Source: Erysipelotrichaceae bacterium
GTDB taxonomy: Bacteria; Bacillota_I; Bacilli_A; Erysipelotrichales; Erysipelotrichaceae
Direction of reading: 5' to 3'
Assembly: GCA_963663995.1 (NCBI GenBank)
Contig: OY760660.1
Coordinates: forward strand, 1,650,001 to 1,682,000
DNA: 32,000 nt
Shown here: positions 1 to 8,666 of the stretch, piece by piece
How the letters are laid out: the number at the start of each line of letters is the position of its first letter
Position numbering within the stretch: the stretch's first letter is position 1
Notes under the pieces: generated by a model
Seen by the model: only the letters and a program-made list of their open reading frames with translations
Told to the model about the DNA's origin: nothing
Databases searched by the model: none
Position numbers and translations under genes: made by a program

Positions 1-742
1 GTTGATGGGGTTCAAATGAATCAATGACTCTGTTAATTGTTGATGCAGCTGAGGTGGTGTGTAATGTGCCGAAGACTAAGTGTCCTGTTTCAGCAGCTGT
101 TAAGGCAAGTGCGATACTTTCGTGATCGCGCATTTCACCGACTAAGATGACATCTGGATCTTCACGTAGGGCGGATCTTAATCCATCCTTAAAGCTATGT
201 ACATCTCGTTCAATTTCACGTTGGTTAATTAAACAATTCTTTTCTTTGTGGATGTATTCGATCGGATCTTCGAGGGTTAATATATGTGCTTTTTCATTGG
301 TGTTGATATAGTCAATCATAGCGGCTAAAGTTGTTGATTTGCCTGAACCTGTTGGACCTGTAACTATGATGATGCCTTTGTTTGACAAGGATAATGACTT
401 TAGGACTTCAGGAAGTTTAAGTTCTTCAATGGATGGAATATGATTGTTTAAGAGTCTTATCGCAATTGCGGGAACTTGTTTTTGTCTATAAATGTTTAAA
501 CGATAACGATTTCCATCTTTATCACTATAGGCAGTATCAATATCATATCCATTTTGGAAGTGTTCAAACTGATCATCCGATGTCATTAATTTTATGAAAT
601 TCAGTAAATCACTTTGACTTAATACGTTTTCATCCATGATGGTTAAATCACCAACTTGTCGAGTATAGACAGGCTTATTGGCGATTAAATGGATGTCAGA
701 AGCTTTATTTTTCTGGGCGTAAGCTAAGATTTCTTCTATCAT
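1..742 (-). CDS. pilT: Type IV pilus retraction ATPase PilT, N-terminal part (gene runs off the window's left edge)
   Basis: Manual translation of the minus strand from ATG 742..740 gives MIEEILAYAQKNKASDIHLIANKPVY...GIIIVTGPTGSGKSTTLAAMIDYIN...LTLEDPIEY...REDPDVILVGEMRD...TGHLVFGTLHT. That covers Walker A, the Asp box, Walker B and the His box typical of PilT. An AAGGAGGA RBS overlaps the pilB stop. Not in the ORF track because it is truncated by the window edge. Confidence 0.9.
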   Translation of the reverse strand, partial: MIEEILAYAQKNKASDIHLIANKPVYTRQVGDLTIMDENVLSQSDLLNFIKLMTSDDQFEHFQNGYDIDTAYSDKDGNRYRLNIYRQKQVPAIAIRLLNNHIPSIEELKLPEVLKSLSLSNKGIIIVTGPTGSGKSTTLAAMIDYINTNEKAHILTLEDPIEYIHKEKNCLINQREIERDVHSFKDGLRSALREDPDVILVGEMRDHESIALALTAAETGHLVFGTLHTTSAASTINRVIDSFEPHQ

Positions 743-753
743 TTAAGTCCTCC

Positions 754-2427
754 TTAATCAACGGTGTAGAGTAGACGTATGGCTTCATCAATAGTTGTTT
801 GACCTGCATTGACTAAATCCAATACTTCTTCTCTTAACATTCTCATTTTCTTTTCTGCAGCATAATTTCGTAGTTCTTCCATAGAAGCACCTTTAGAAAC
901 CATGTCTTGAATTTTCTTATCGACTAACATCATTTCAAAGACCGCTGTACGACCATTATAACCCGTGTTATTGCAGTCAGAACATCCGCGACCATAGGAT
1001 GTTTCCTTTAATTCAGTTGATAGTAACATATTCTCTTCATCCGTAACTTTATGAACGGTTTTACATTTAGGACATACTTTTTTAACTAAACGTTGTGAGA
1101 TGACACATTTAACAGATGATGCGACAAGGAAGGGTTCAACACCCATATCTACTAAACGAACAATCGTTGATAAAGCGTCATTGGTATGGACAGTAGACAA
1201 GACTAAGTGACCAGTGATCGCAGCACGAATTGCAATTTCAGCTGTTTCACCATCACGAATTTCCCCAAGCATAATGATATCTGGGTCTTGACGCAAGATA
1301 GATCTAAGACCTGAGGCAAAGGTTAAACCAGATCTTGGATTGACTTGTACTTGAGTAATCCCATCAAACTTACGTTCAATTGGATCTTCAACTGTGACAA
1401 TCGCTTTTTTCACATCATTAATCTTCGCTAACATGGAATACAAAGTAGTGGTTTTACCAGAACCTGTAGGACCAGTGACTAAAATAATTCCGTGAGGCAA
1501 ACGAACCGCTTTAGAGATAATCTCTTCACTTTGTGGAGATAAGCCTAATGAGGATAGTTTATAAGATATATTTCGATCGGCACCTAATAAACGCAAAACA
1601 AGCTTTTCTCCATAGGGTGTAGGGATAGATGATACACGAATATCGATTTTTAACCCATCGGCCGCAAATTGGAAAGAACCATCTTGAGGAACACGTTTTT
1701 CCGCAATATTCATTCCTGAAATGATTTTAATACGTGAACTGATATGTTGATGTACTTCCGACGTAAAGTCAGTTTGGGCTTGTAAATCACCATCAACCCT
1801 AAAGCGTACATGGGTTGTATGTTCAGCAGGTTCAATATGAATATCTGATGCATTTTGATGATAAGCATCCATGATTAAGTTATTAACCAGTTTTACCACA
1901 GGTGCAGAGTCAATACTTGCAGCTAACGCGTCATCACTCGTTATATGGTTATCGAGATTTAAATCACTTTGAATATCACCTAAGATTTCATCATTTGTAC
2001 GTTTTGAATAAACACGATTAATCGCTATTTCAATTTCTTTTAATGGGGATACGGCAGCTCGTACTTCAAAACCTGTAATCATACGTAAATCTTCTAAACA
2101 GTTAAAGTCGAGTGGATCATTCATCGCAATTGTAAGGACACCCAATTTTAGTGATAACGGTACAATCGTATATTTACGCGCAAAACTTTCTGGTACGACA
2201 TTGACGACATCGAGCTCCATATCAAAAAGTGGGGCATCAACATAGTCGGTACCAAGTCTTTTTGCGAGTGATTGAAGCATGACTCTTTCTGTCGTAAAGC
2301 CCATGTCGATAATGACCTGACCTAAACGTTTCTTAGTCACTTTTTGTCGTGCTAATGCTTCTTCTAATTGATCTGTAGTGATGATTTTTTCATCAACAAG
2401 AACCTGTCCTAATCGAATAAATTTCAT
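754..2427 (-). CDS. pilB: Type IV pilus assembly (extension) ATPase PilB/GspE family
   Basis: 557 aa. N-terminal T2SSE_N/MshEN-like region, Walker A GPTGSGKTT, EDPIE, Walker B IMLGEIRD, His box TGHLVLSTVHT, and the tetracysteine CPKC...CSDC motif typical of PilB/GspE. RBS AAGGGAGA lies upstream. Confidence 0.93.
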   Translation of the reverse strand: MKFIRLGQVLVDEKIITTDQLEEALARQKVTKKRLGQVIIDMGFTTERVMLQSLAKRLGTDYVDAPLFDMELDVVNVVPESFARKYTIVPLSLKLGVLTIAMNDPLDFNCLEDLRMITGFEVRAAVSPLKEIEIAINRVYSKRTNDEILGDIQSDLNLDNHITSDDALAASIDSAPVVKLVNNLIMDAYHQNASDIHIEPAEHTTHVRFRVDGDLQAQTDFTSEVHQHISSRIKIISGMNIAEKRVPQDGSFQFAADGLKIDIRVSSIPTPYGEKLVLRLLGADRNISYKLSSLGLSPQSEEIISKAVRLPHGIILVTGPTGSGKTTTLYSMLAKINDVKKAIVTVEDPIERKFDGITQVQVNPRSGLTFASGLRSILRQDPDIIMLGEIRDGETAEIAIRAAITGHLVLSTVHTNDALSTIVRLVDMGVEPFLVASSVKCVISQRLVKKVCPKCKTVHKVTDEENMLLSTELKETSYGRGCSDCNNTGYNGRTAVFEMMLVDKKIQDMVSKGASMEELRNYAAEKKMRMLREEVLDLVNAGQTTIDEAIRLLYTVD

Positions 2428-2455
2428 ATAAGTCTCCCTTAACTTGTTTTTTACG

Positions 2456-2461
2456 TATAAT
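2456..2461 (+). promoter_or_regulatory. Candidate -10 box (TATAAT) for pilD, positioned for a leaderless transcript
   Basis: A perfect TATAAT ends 6 nt before the pilD ATG (2468), so the expected transcription start coincides with the A of the ATG. No Shine-Dalgarno sequence precedes pilD. No convincing -35 was found. Confidence 0.3.
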
Positions 2462-2467
2462 TGAAGT

Positions 2468-3217
2468 ATGAATTCACTTTATGCACTCTTTGTAATCCCG
2501 TTTGGATTAGTCTTTGGATCTTTTTTTAATGTGGTTATCCTACGCCTTCCTAAGAAGGAATCATTATCCACAGAAGGGTCACATTGTGTCACATGTGGAC
2601 ACAAATTAAGTCCCTTAGATTTAGTCCCTGTATTTAGTTATCTCTTTCTACAAGGTAAATGTCGTTATTGTAAAGCTGAGATTTCACCACGTTATCCACT
2701 CGTGGAAATGATTACAGCGATATTTTATGGACTCGTTGTTTACCAATATGGTTATAGTTTTCAATCACTCATTGGTTTAATCTATGTTTCAATTCTTATC
2801 ATTATCGCAGTGATGGATATAGATACGATGGAAATCTTAGATCGTTTTCAATTACTAATCCTTATATTAGCCCTATCGAATCTATTCATTACAAACTTAA
2901 GTCTATACAACCACGTAATTGCCTTCTTTATGATATCTGTTCCATTCTTTTTAATTGCTCATTTCTATGGCGGAATGGGGGGCGGTGATGTCAAATTAGT
3001 GGCAGTCAATGGCTTACTAATAGGTATTCAAAGTACATTAGTTGCGTTCTTTATCGCTAGTATTACTGGTGGAATCGTTGCGATCTATTTACTAAGTACT
3101 AAGCAGAAAGAGAAATCATCAGCCATCGCTTTTGGACCCTATTTATGTTTAGGTTTTGCGATTGCTTATATCTGGGGTGAAGGTCTATTTACAGTGTATC
3201 TTTCACTATTTTCCTGA
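2468..3217 (+). CDS. pilD: Prepilin peptidase / N-methyltransferase (peptidase A24, PilD family)
   Basis: 249 aa polytopic membrane protein. It carries the CVTCGHKL...CRYCKAEI zinc-binding pair, an aspartate in AVMDIDT, and the second catalytic Asp in the GGGDVKL motif (GxGD type). Confidence 0.9.
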   Translation: MNSLYALFVIPFGLVFGSFFNVVILRLPKKESLSTEGSHCVTCGHKLSPLDLVPVFSYLFLQGKCRYCKAEISPRYPLVEMITAIFYGLVVYQYGYSFQSLIGLIYVSILIIIAVMDIDTMEILDRFQLLILILALSNLFITNLSLYNHVIAFFMISVPFFLIAHFYGGMGGGDVKLVAVNGLLIGIQSTLVAFFIASITGGIVAIYLLSTKQKEKSSAIAFGPYLCLGFAIAYIWGEGLFTVYLSLFS

Positions 3218-3943
3218 CGAGTCGTGAGGATCTTCATTAGCAGATCCACTTCCAGAACCATCAGCTTTAACATCTTCAGTATAAACATTGAGATTATCTA
3301 AGAGTAGTTGATCAACAAAATATAAATCGAAAGTAAAACTAGCTGTCATTTCTTCTACGTTATAACTGGATTCAGAGATAATAATCGATGTATTCCAGTT
3401 TTTTACGTCTTCTAAGAAATAAACATAACGAGCATATGTTGTATACAAATCATAGGACTGTTGAGTTCTTAGAATAACAGATGAACCAACCGGCGCATCA
3501 CCATTTTCATCTACAATATCTTTGTATTCTTTTACTAAATCACCAAGTGTATATTGAATTTCTAAAGGTAGCGTTTCGATAGCGACAGGGGTTACTGCTT
3601 CAGGGTCAGTGAAGTTTGTATTTAGAATTCTCATATCGTACTTAGTAATAAGCTCTAAAATACGATGTTCAAATTGAGCTGAATGTAAAGGTGCTTCAAA
3701 CGCTTCTAACAACATCCCAACTTCATTTAATCTATTTTCTACTTGTGTTTCATATAAATGTAAATTAGGAACCTGTGTATCAATCATAAATTTTTGTGAA
3801 TCTAAAGCATTGTATTGATCTTGAAGTTTTCTATTTTCATCCATTAATGGTGAAACGACAAACGTATAAAGTAAAGCGACAATCCCAAAGATAGTGAGAA
3901 TAAATAAGAAGAACTGTTCACGTTTAGAGATGGATAGTTTCAT
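3206..3943 (-). CDS. PilO-like pilus alignment protein (bitopic: N-terminal TM, coiled coil, disordered Gly/Ser/Asp tail)
   Basis: 245 aa. Has a single TM (FFLFILTIFGIVALLYTFVV) followed by a coiled-coil-like segment (ENRKLQDQYNALDSQ). It sits directly after the pilM/pilN-like genes. The call rests on topology and synteny, not on a recognised motif. Confidence 0.45.
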   Translation of the reverse strand: MKLSISKREQFFLFILTIFGIVALLYTFVVSPLMDENRKLQDQYNALDSQKFMIDTQVPNLHLYETQVENRLNEVGMLLEAFEAPLHSAQFEHRILELITKYDMRILNTNFTDPEAVTPVAIETLPLEIQYTLGDLVKEYKDIVDENGDAPVGSSVILRTQQSYDLYTTYARYVYFLEDVKNWNTSIIISESSYNVEEMTASFTFDLYFVDQLLLDNLNVYTEDVKADGSGSGSANEDPHDSSGK

Positions 3944-3945
3944 AC

Positions 3946-4515
3946 TTATTGCCCTCCTTTAAGAATGCATTCAATGGTACCAACATATCGTCCAAGGTTT
4001 TCATCATAGCTATAACCATAATTTGTAACAGATGCGAAATATTTAGATTCAACTAAATGTAGGGTATAGTTTGAGAAATCGGATGCATAGTATGATGAAA
4101 CTACAAGATTTAGTGTATTAGAGCTATAACTGTAATTCATGATATAGCTTGTACTAGGTTTCTTTTCATTTACAATATCTAAGGTATATTCATTTAACTT
4201 TGGAATGTAATCGATGACTTCAGCAAGATTACCTACTTCAGTTTCAATTTGATCTAATTGACTCAATTTGTTTTGCAGTCTGTTGACTTCAGCTAATTTT
4301 TCAACCGCATTACCACTGTTTAAATAAGCATTTAAACGATCAATTTCATTTTGAAGTAAACTGTTATCTAAATACAACTTAGCCGTAAAGGCTCCGGCAA
4401 TAAAAATTAATGAAACGGAGGCTAAGGTGAAAGCTCTAGCAGATGAACCTTTCTTAGCTTTTATCTTCTGTTCAGCGTAATAGCGCTCTAATAAGTTCAT
4501 ATCAAGTTTTTTCAT
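3946..4515 (-). CDS. pilN: PilN-like pilus alignment protein
   Basis: 189 aa. N-terminal DMNLLERYY resembles the PilN 'NLLP' motif. This is followed by a basic stretch, one TM (AFTLASVSLIFIAGAFTAKLYL) and a coiled coil. A 4-nt overlap with the upstream pilM-like gene indicates coupling. Confidence 0.55.
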   Translation of the reverse strand: MKKLDMNLLERYYAEQKIKAKKGSSARAFTLASVSLIFIAGAFTAKLYLDNSLLQNEIDRLNAYLNSGNAVEKLAEVNRLQNKLSQLDQIETEVGNLAEVIDYIPKLNEYTLDIVNEKKPSTSYIMNYSYSSNTLNLVVSSYYASDFSNYTLHLVESKYFASVTNYGYSYDENLGRYVGTIECILKGGQ

Positions 4516-5414
4516 TTTGATGCCCTCATTAAACTTCCTATCGCATTAACATAACGGTTTTCATAATTTATGCCTCTAACATGTGTATCTGCTTTAATGA
4601 TTTCGCAGTCAATCGATAAACTTTCTTTAATTTGAATCTTTAGCGCTTCTAAGACAAAATCATTCCCCGTTAACAAAATTTCAGATAAATTGGTTTGTTC
4701 ACCACGTGTGTAACTGAATTGAATCATTTTATTAATATGATCAACGATCGAAATAATGTCTTCTTCATTATTAATTTCAGTAATTTCATCAATACGATTA
4801 TTACGGGTTAGTGAATAATGACCATTGTCAAAAAGATACTGTCTAAGATAGTTTTCTTCAACATCAACAATGAGTACTTGATCATTTTTTGGTAAAACAT
4901 TTAAGCTCTTTATAAACTTAACAATCGAATTAGCAGCACTATCAATAACTTTTACTTTTAATCCAACACGTTTACAAACTTCCATAATACTTTCAATGTA
5001 TTGTTTATGTAATGCTGCAGCTAAGACACGTAATTGATGAATATCGTCATTTTCAATTTCTTCAATCATGACATAATCCATAATAAAATCATTGGTTAAA
5101 TTAAGATTATTCATCATCTCTGAACGAACTAATAAAGGAATTTTTCTCTCATCAACGGCTGGTAGACTTAATTCTCTGTAGATAATGGCATTGTTGTTGA
5201 TACAAATCGTAGCGTTTTTATCTTTTACCTGAGCTTTTTTCATTTCAGATTTTAATAAATCAGCAAATTTGTCAATTTCAATAATACCTGTCTCACTAAC
5301 CCATGATTCATCAAAACGATAATGATGCGTATGTTTTAGTAAGATATCTGTTTTAGACACACCAGCTTCTACCAAGCTGACATATCCATTTCTAATTTCT
5401 ATTGCTAATGGCAT
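4512..5414 (-). CDS. pilM: PilM-like cytoplasmic actin/HSP70-fold pilus assembly protein
   Basis: 300 aa soluble protein located between pilC and pilN. The N-terminus (LAIEIRNGYVSLVEA) resembles the first phosphate-binding strand of PilM/FtsA-like proteins. Synteny supports the call. Confidence 0.55.
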   Translation of the reverse strand: MPLAIEIRNGYVSLVEAGVSKTDILLKHTHHYRFDESWVSETGIIEIDKFADLLKSEMKKAQVKDKNATICINNNAIIYRELSLPAVDERKIPLLVRSEMMNNLNLTNDFIMDYVMIEEIENDDIHQLRVLAAALHKQYIESIMEVCKRVGLKVKVIDSAANSIVKFIKSLNVLPKNDQVLIVDVEENYLRQYLFDNGHYSLTRNNRIDEITEINNEEDIISIVDHINKMIQFSYTRGEQTNLSEILLTGNDFVLEALKIQIKESLSIDCEIIKADTHVRGINYENRYVNAIGSLMRASK

Positions 5415-5426
5415 ATGTTTCCCTTT

Positions 5427-6614
5427 CTACCCAATTGATTGATACATCGTGAATATTGGTTGAATGATTGATACAACTATAAATCCAATCACAACCCCAA
5501 GTATGACTAACATCGCTGGTTCCAACATCGCAATCATTCTTTGAATTGCACTATCTGCTTCATCATCAAAGTAATCAGCAGTACTTCCCAAAATATCACC
5601 TAGTGAACCAGACTCTTCACCGATGTAAATCATAGAACTTAACATAGGATCAAACTCTTTTGTGTCTTGAATGGATTTTGATATCAATTCTCCTTTTGAT
5701 ACATCATTCATAACCACATAAAGTAAATCCTCTAAATATGCATTATTGATAACCTTTGCGGTTGTTTCAATCATGGATAGTGTTTGTACACCACTTGAGT
5801 ATAGAGATGACATTGCTCGAGCACTACGAGCAGAATAGATCGTTCTTAGAAGGACTCCCACTACAGGTAACCTTAATTTAAATTTATCGAATTCAATTCT
5901 TATATCTCTTATATTTAAAGCAATTCTTATGGTAACAAATAAGACAAGAAGTACGGCAATAATCACTAACCAGTTACTGGTGAGAAAGTTAGAGAATGCC
6001 AAGATAACTTTTGTTGTAGCTGGCATGTTTTCAGCAGGAAACATATTGGTAATCGTTGGTAATACAAAACCCACCAACATCAAGACAACCGCAACAGATA
6101 TAATTCCTAATATGGCAGGATAAATACTAGCTGTACGTATCTTGTTGTTTAACTTCATTTCTTTATCAAAGTGATTAGCCATTTGAGTTAGTGAACGATC
6201 TAATGTTCCACCCACTTCACCAGCGACAATCATATTGATAAGCAAGTCTGGGAATGCACCATTTTGCATTTCCATAGCTCTTGATAATGAATTACCTTTT
6301 TGAACTTCTTCGTAGATATTTCTAAAAATTTTCCTAGATTTAGAATTATCTGCTTTTGTTTGAAGCATATCTAAGGATTGGATAATAGGTATTCCAGAAC
6401 TAACCATTGTCCCTAATTGACGACAAAACACAACAACACTCTTGGTTTTTAATTTACTAGCTCGATCTTGTTTACTTGCCCCTTCAACATATTCCAGCAA
6501 ATACCAATTCTTAGCTTTTACTTGTTGGACGAGTTCAGTAGGATTATTAGCAAAAAATATATCCTTTGCCTCTTTTCCCTTTGCGTCCATGTAGACAATG
6601 TGATAACTCTTCAT
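5427..6614 (-). CDS. pilC: Type IV pilus platform protein PilC (GspF family)
   Basis: 395 aa with duplicated GspF-type cytoplasmic domains (FCRQLGTMVSSGIPIIQSL... and SARAMSSLYSSGVQTLSMIE...). Three TM segments and a C-terminal ...QPIFTMYQSIG are typical of PilC/GspF. Confidence 0.9.
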   Translation of the reverse strand: MKSYHIVYMDAKGKEAKDIFFANNPTELVQQVKAKNWYLLEYVEGASKQDRASKLKTKSVVVFCRQLGTMVSSGIPIIQSLDMLQTKADNSKSRKIFRNIYEEVQKGNSLSRAMEMQNGAFPDLLINMIVAGEVGGTLDRSLTQMANHFDKEMKLNNKIRTASIYPAILGIISVAVVLMLVGFVLPTITNMFPAENMPATTKVILAFSNFLTSNWLVIIAVLLVLFVTIRIALNIRDIRIEFDKFKLRLPVVGVLLRTIYSARSARAMSSLYSSGVQTLSMIETTAKVINNAYLEDLLYVVMNDVSKGELISKSIQDTKEFDPMLSSMIYIGEESGSLGDILGSTADYFDDEADSAIQRMIAMLEPAMLVILGVVIGFIVVSIIQPIFTMYQSIG

Positions 6615-6624
6615 TGTGCCTCCC

Positions 6625-8154
6625 TTAGTCTACTTCTGTAGTTGACCCATAATCAAAACCTAATACATATCCGCCAGTAAATCCACCTTGATTAATGGGG
6701 TCGATAATATCGCTAGGAATACTGCTAAAATTTAGTGGATTATAAATCAAAGTACCCTTAGTAATATAAAAGTTTTTTGAAACTATAGCTCCTGAATAAT
6801 ATGACTTATTACTCATCGTTACTGTGCCGTTTGGTACAAAAATCAATCCTTTTGTAGTAAGGGCTGAGTTATTGGCAATCGTGACTTGACTACCACCTGT
6901 GACCAAATATCCATTTACAGCACTATTATTGCTGAAATTAACGTTAGTATTTTCAAGCATTAATGAGCCATTAAAAATACTATTATTCCCAAATTGTATA
7001 GTAGGAATGAGATTGCTTCTAAGAAAGCTAGATACATATACTATAAATTTAGTTGGGTCACTACTGTTTCCAATATTCACGCCATTATTAATATTTGCAA
7101 ATAAATTAGCATTGATAGGTGTTTGAATAGAGGGATTTCCAACATATATTTCAAGCTTACCTTCACCCGTGAATGTGATGTTCTTATAATTCGATCCAAA
7201 AACGATGCTATTGGTCACGATGAATGTATTACTAGGAACATTAATTGTTGTGTTCGAATTAAATGTTAGTGTATTTATATAAAATGTTCCAGATTGTAAA
7301 GAACCATTTGAAATAATACTATTTAGGCTACTCTTAGAATTTGCTGGATTATCTAATACTGTTTGAGCTCGTCCATCAACACTCATGAAATTGATTTGAG
7401 GGAAAGGTGAATATTCTAGATCTTTTATTATTAATGAACCATCAGGAATATCTTTGACTATATTGTCAGATGTACCTGGTAACAAGTAAATATCGTTGAT
7501 TACACTTGAAGAATTTACATTAACAGTGTTTATAATTGTTGAATAGGTGGAAATATCAGCACCATCACAACTAGCATCAATTATGTTTGGATTATCACAG
7601 GTTGACGCATCAATTAAAGAAGATCTATCAATATCAATGATATCGGTTGTAAGGATTGCTTTATCAATTGTAAATCCATTACCAGGATCCAGAGCATATT
7701 CAACAAACAGTACTTTTCTTAATGTTCTACTGACATTGTTTACTACACCAGTTGAGATTATTTCATAATATCCACTCTGTTCACCAAGTTTGTTAATATC
7801 GATTGTTGCGTTTGCTTGTCCAATATCAAGCGAAAAATGATCAGTTGTATCATTAGTGTAAGATACACCTGTTAAGTTCGCTATAAATGTATCTAAATTT
7901 GTGTAAAAATCATCTGTTGATAAATCTAAATCGAATAATGCTTGGATTTCGTCCTCGAATTGTGCAATCGTCACATTAATTCCAGATTCAGCAACATAAT
8001 AAGCAGTAGTATGGGCATCAGCGGTATTTTGATTTTTAAAGTTACTCATACTTACAGCGAAAAGTCCTGCTAAAAGTAAAGTTAAAACTAAGAAATACAT
8101 TACAACAATTAAAAGTGAGACACCTTGTTTGTTTTTAAAAATTTTCATAATCAA
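6625..8154 (-). CDS. Large pilus-associated protein with a PilX_N-like hydrophobic N-terminus and an Asn-rich beta-helix-like C-terminal repeat region (candidate tip/minor pilin)
   Basis: 509 aa. The N-terminus KNKQGVSLLIVVMYFLVLTLLLAGLF resembles PilX_N (G followed by a hydrophobic helix, no Glu5). The C-terminal third has roughly 20-aa repeats (IQFGNNSIFNGSLML / VNFSNNSAVNGYLVT / VTIANNSALTTKGLIFV / VTMSNKSYYSGAIVS). The start may be TTG 8154 (TTGA overlap with the upstream stop) or ATG 8148. Confidence 0.5.
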   Translation of the reverse strand: MIMKIFKNKQGVSLLIVVMYFLVLTLLLAGLFAVSMSNFKNQNTADAHTTAYYVAESGINVTIAQFEDEIQALFDLDLSTDDFYTNLDTFIANLTGVSYTNDTTDHFSLDIGQANATIDINKLGEQSGYYEIISTGVVNNVSRTLRKVLFVEYALDPGNGFTIDKAILTTDIIDIDRSSLIDASTCDNPNIIDASCDGADISTYSTIINTVNVNSSSVINDIYLLPGTSDNIVKDIPDGSLIIKDLEYSPFPQINFMSVDGRAQTVLDNPANSKSSLNSIISNGSLQSGTFYINTLTFNSNTTINVPSNTFIVTNSIVFGSNYKNITFTGEGKLEIYVGNPSIQTPINANLFANINNGVNIGNSSDPTKFIVYVSSFLRSNLIPTIQFGNNSIFNGSLMLENTNVNFSNNSAVNGYLVTGGSQVTIANNSALTTKGLIFVPNGTVTMSNKSYYSGAIVSKNFYITKGTLIYNPLNFSSIPSDIIDPINQGGFTGGYVLGFDYGSTTEVD

Positions 8155-8666
8155 CTAGTCTCCGGTAATCTTAAATAGATTTCAAGATGGATATCATTAT
8201 TGGTAATTCTTCCATCAACAATTGCTTCAATATCAACACTTAAAAACGGATTTATGGTAGTCGCCGAGTTTAATGTGATATCGAAGTCTACAATTTGTTT
8301 ACTTAAAACTTGTGTTGATATAACGGTGTCATCTGGATTATATAAAGTACGAGTAATGTTTGCGTTAGCAATATTAAATGTATAGATTACGTATTTGGTT
8401 CCGTTCTCTGTATTTCCCAAAGTGATTTGCTTGTCCGTTCCAGTTATACTTCGAATGTAATAATCAACATCAACTACGTATCTTCGGATATCTTTTTCAA
8501 TTAATACAGCAGAGAGTCTTAAGTCTTCCTGTGAAATAGATTCACTATATTCATCTTTAAAATAGGTTGTTGAAAAAGACACAACTTGAGATAGGATGGT
8601 GAAGGCAATCACTAAGATAACAGAAGCCACCACCACTTCGACTAACGTAAAGCCTTTCTTGTTCAT
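8151..8666 (-). CDS. Type IV pilin-family protein (canonical prepilin leader)
   Basis: 171 aa. MNKKG|FTLVEVVVASVILVIAF is a classical prepilin cleavage/methylation motif: Gly-1, Phe+1, Glu+5, then a hydrophobic helix. A GGAG RBS lies upstream. Confidence 0.8.
   Translation of the reverse strand: MNKKGFTLVEVVVASVILVIAFTILSQVVSFSTTYFKDEYSESISQEDLRLSAVLIEKDIRRYVVDVDYYIRSITGTDKQITLGNTENGTKYVIYTFNIANANITRTLYNPDDTVISTQVLSKQIVDFDITLNSATTINPFLSVDIEAIVDGRITNNDIHLEIYLRLPETS

Noticed and set aside
5929-6123. Short plus-strand ORFs in the track lying antisense inside the pilus genes: 5929-6123, 6899-7126, 7547-7768, 8200-8385 and 8944-9135.
   Set aside because: They sit wholly or largely (8944-9135) inside well-supported minus-strand genes. 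They have no RBS, their composition is low-complexity and hydrophobic as expected from antisense AT-rich codons, and they show no recognisable motifs.
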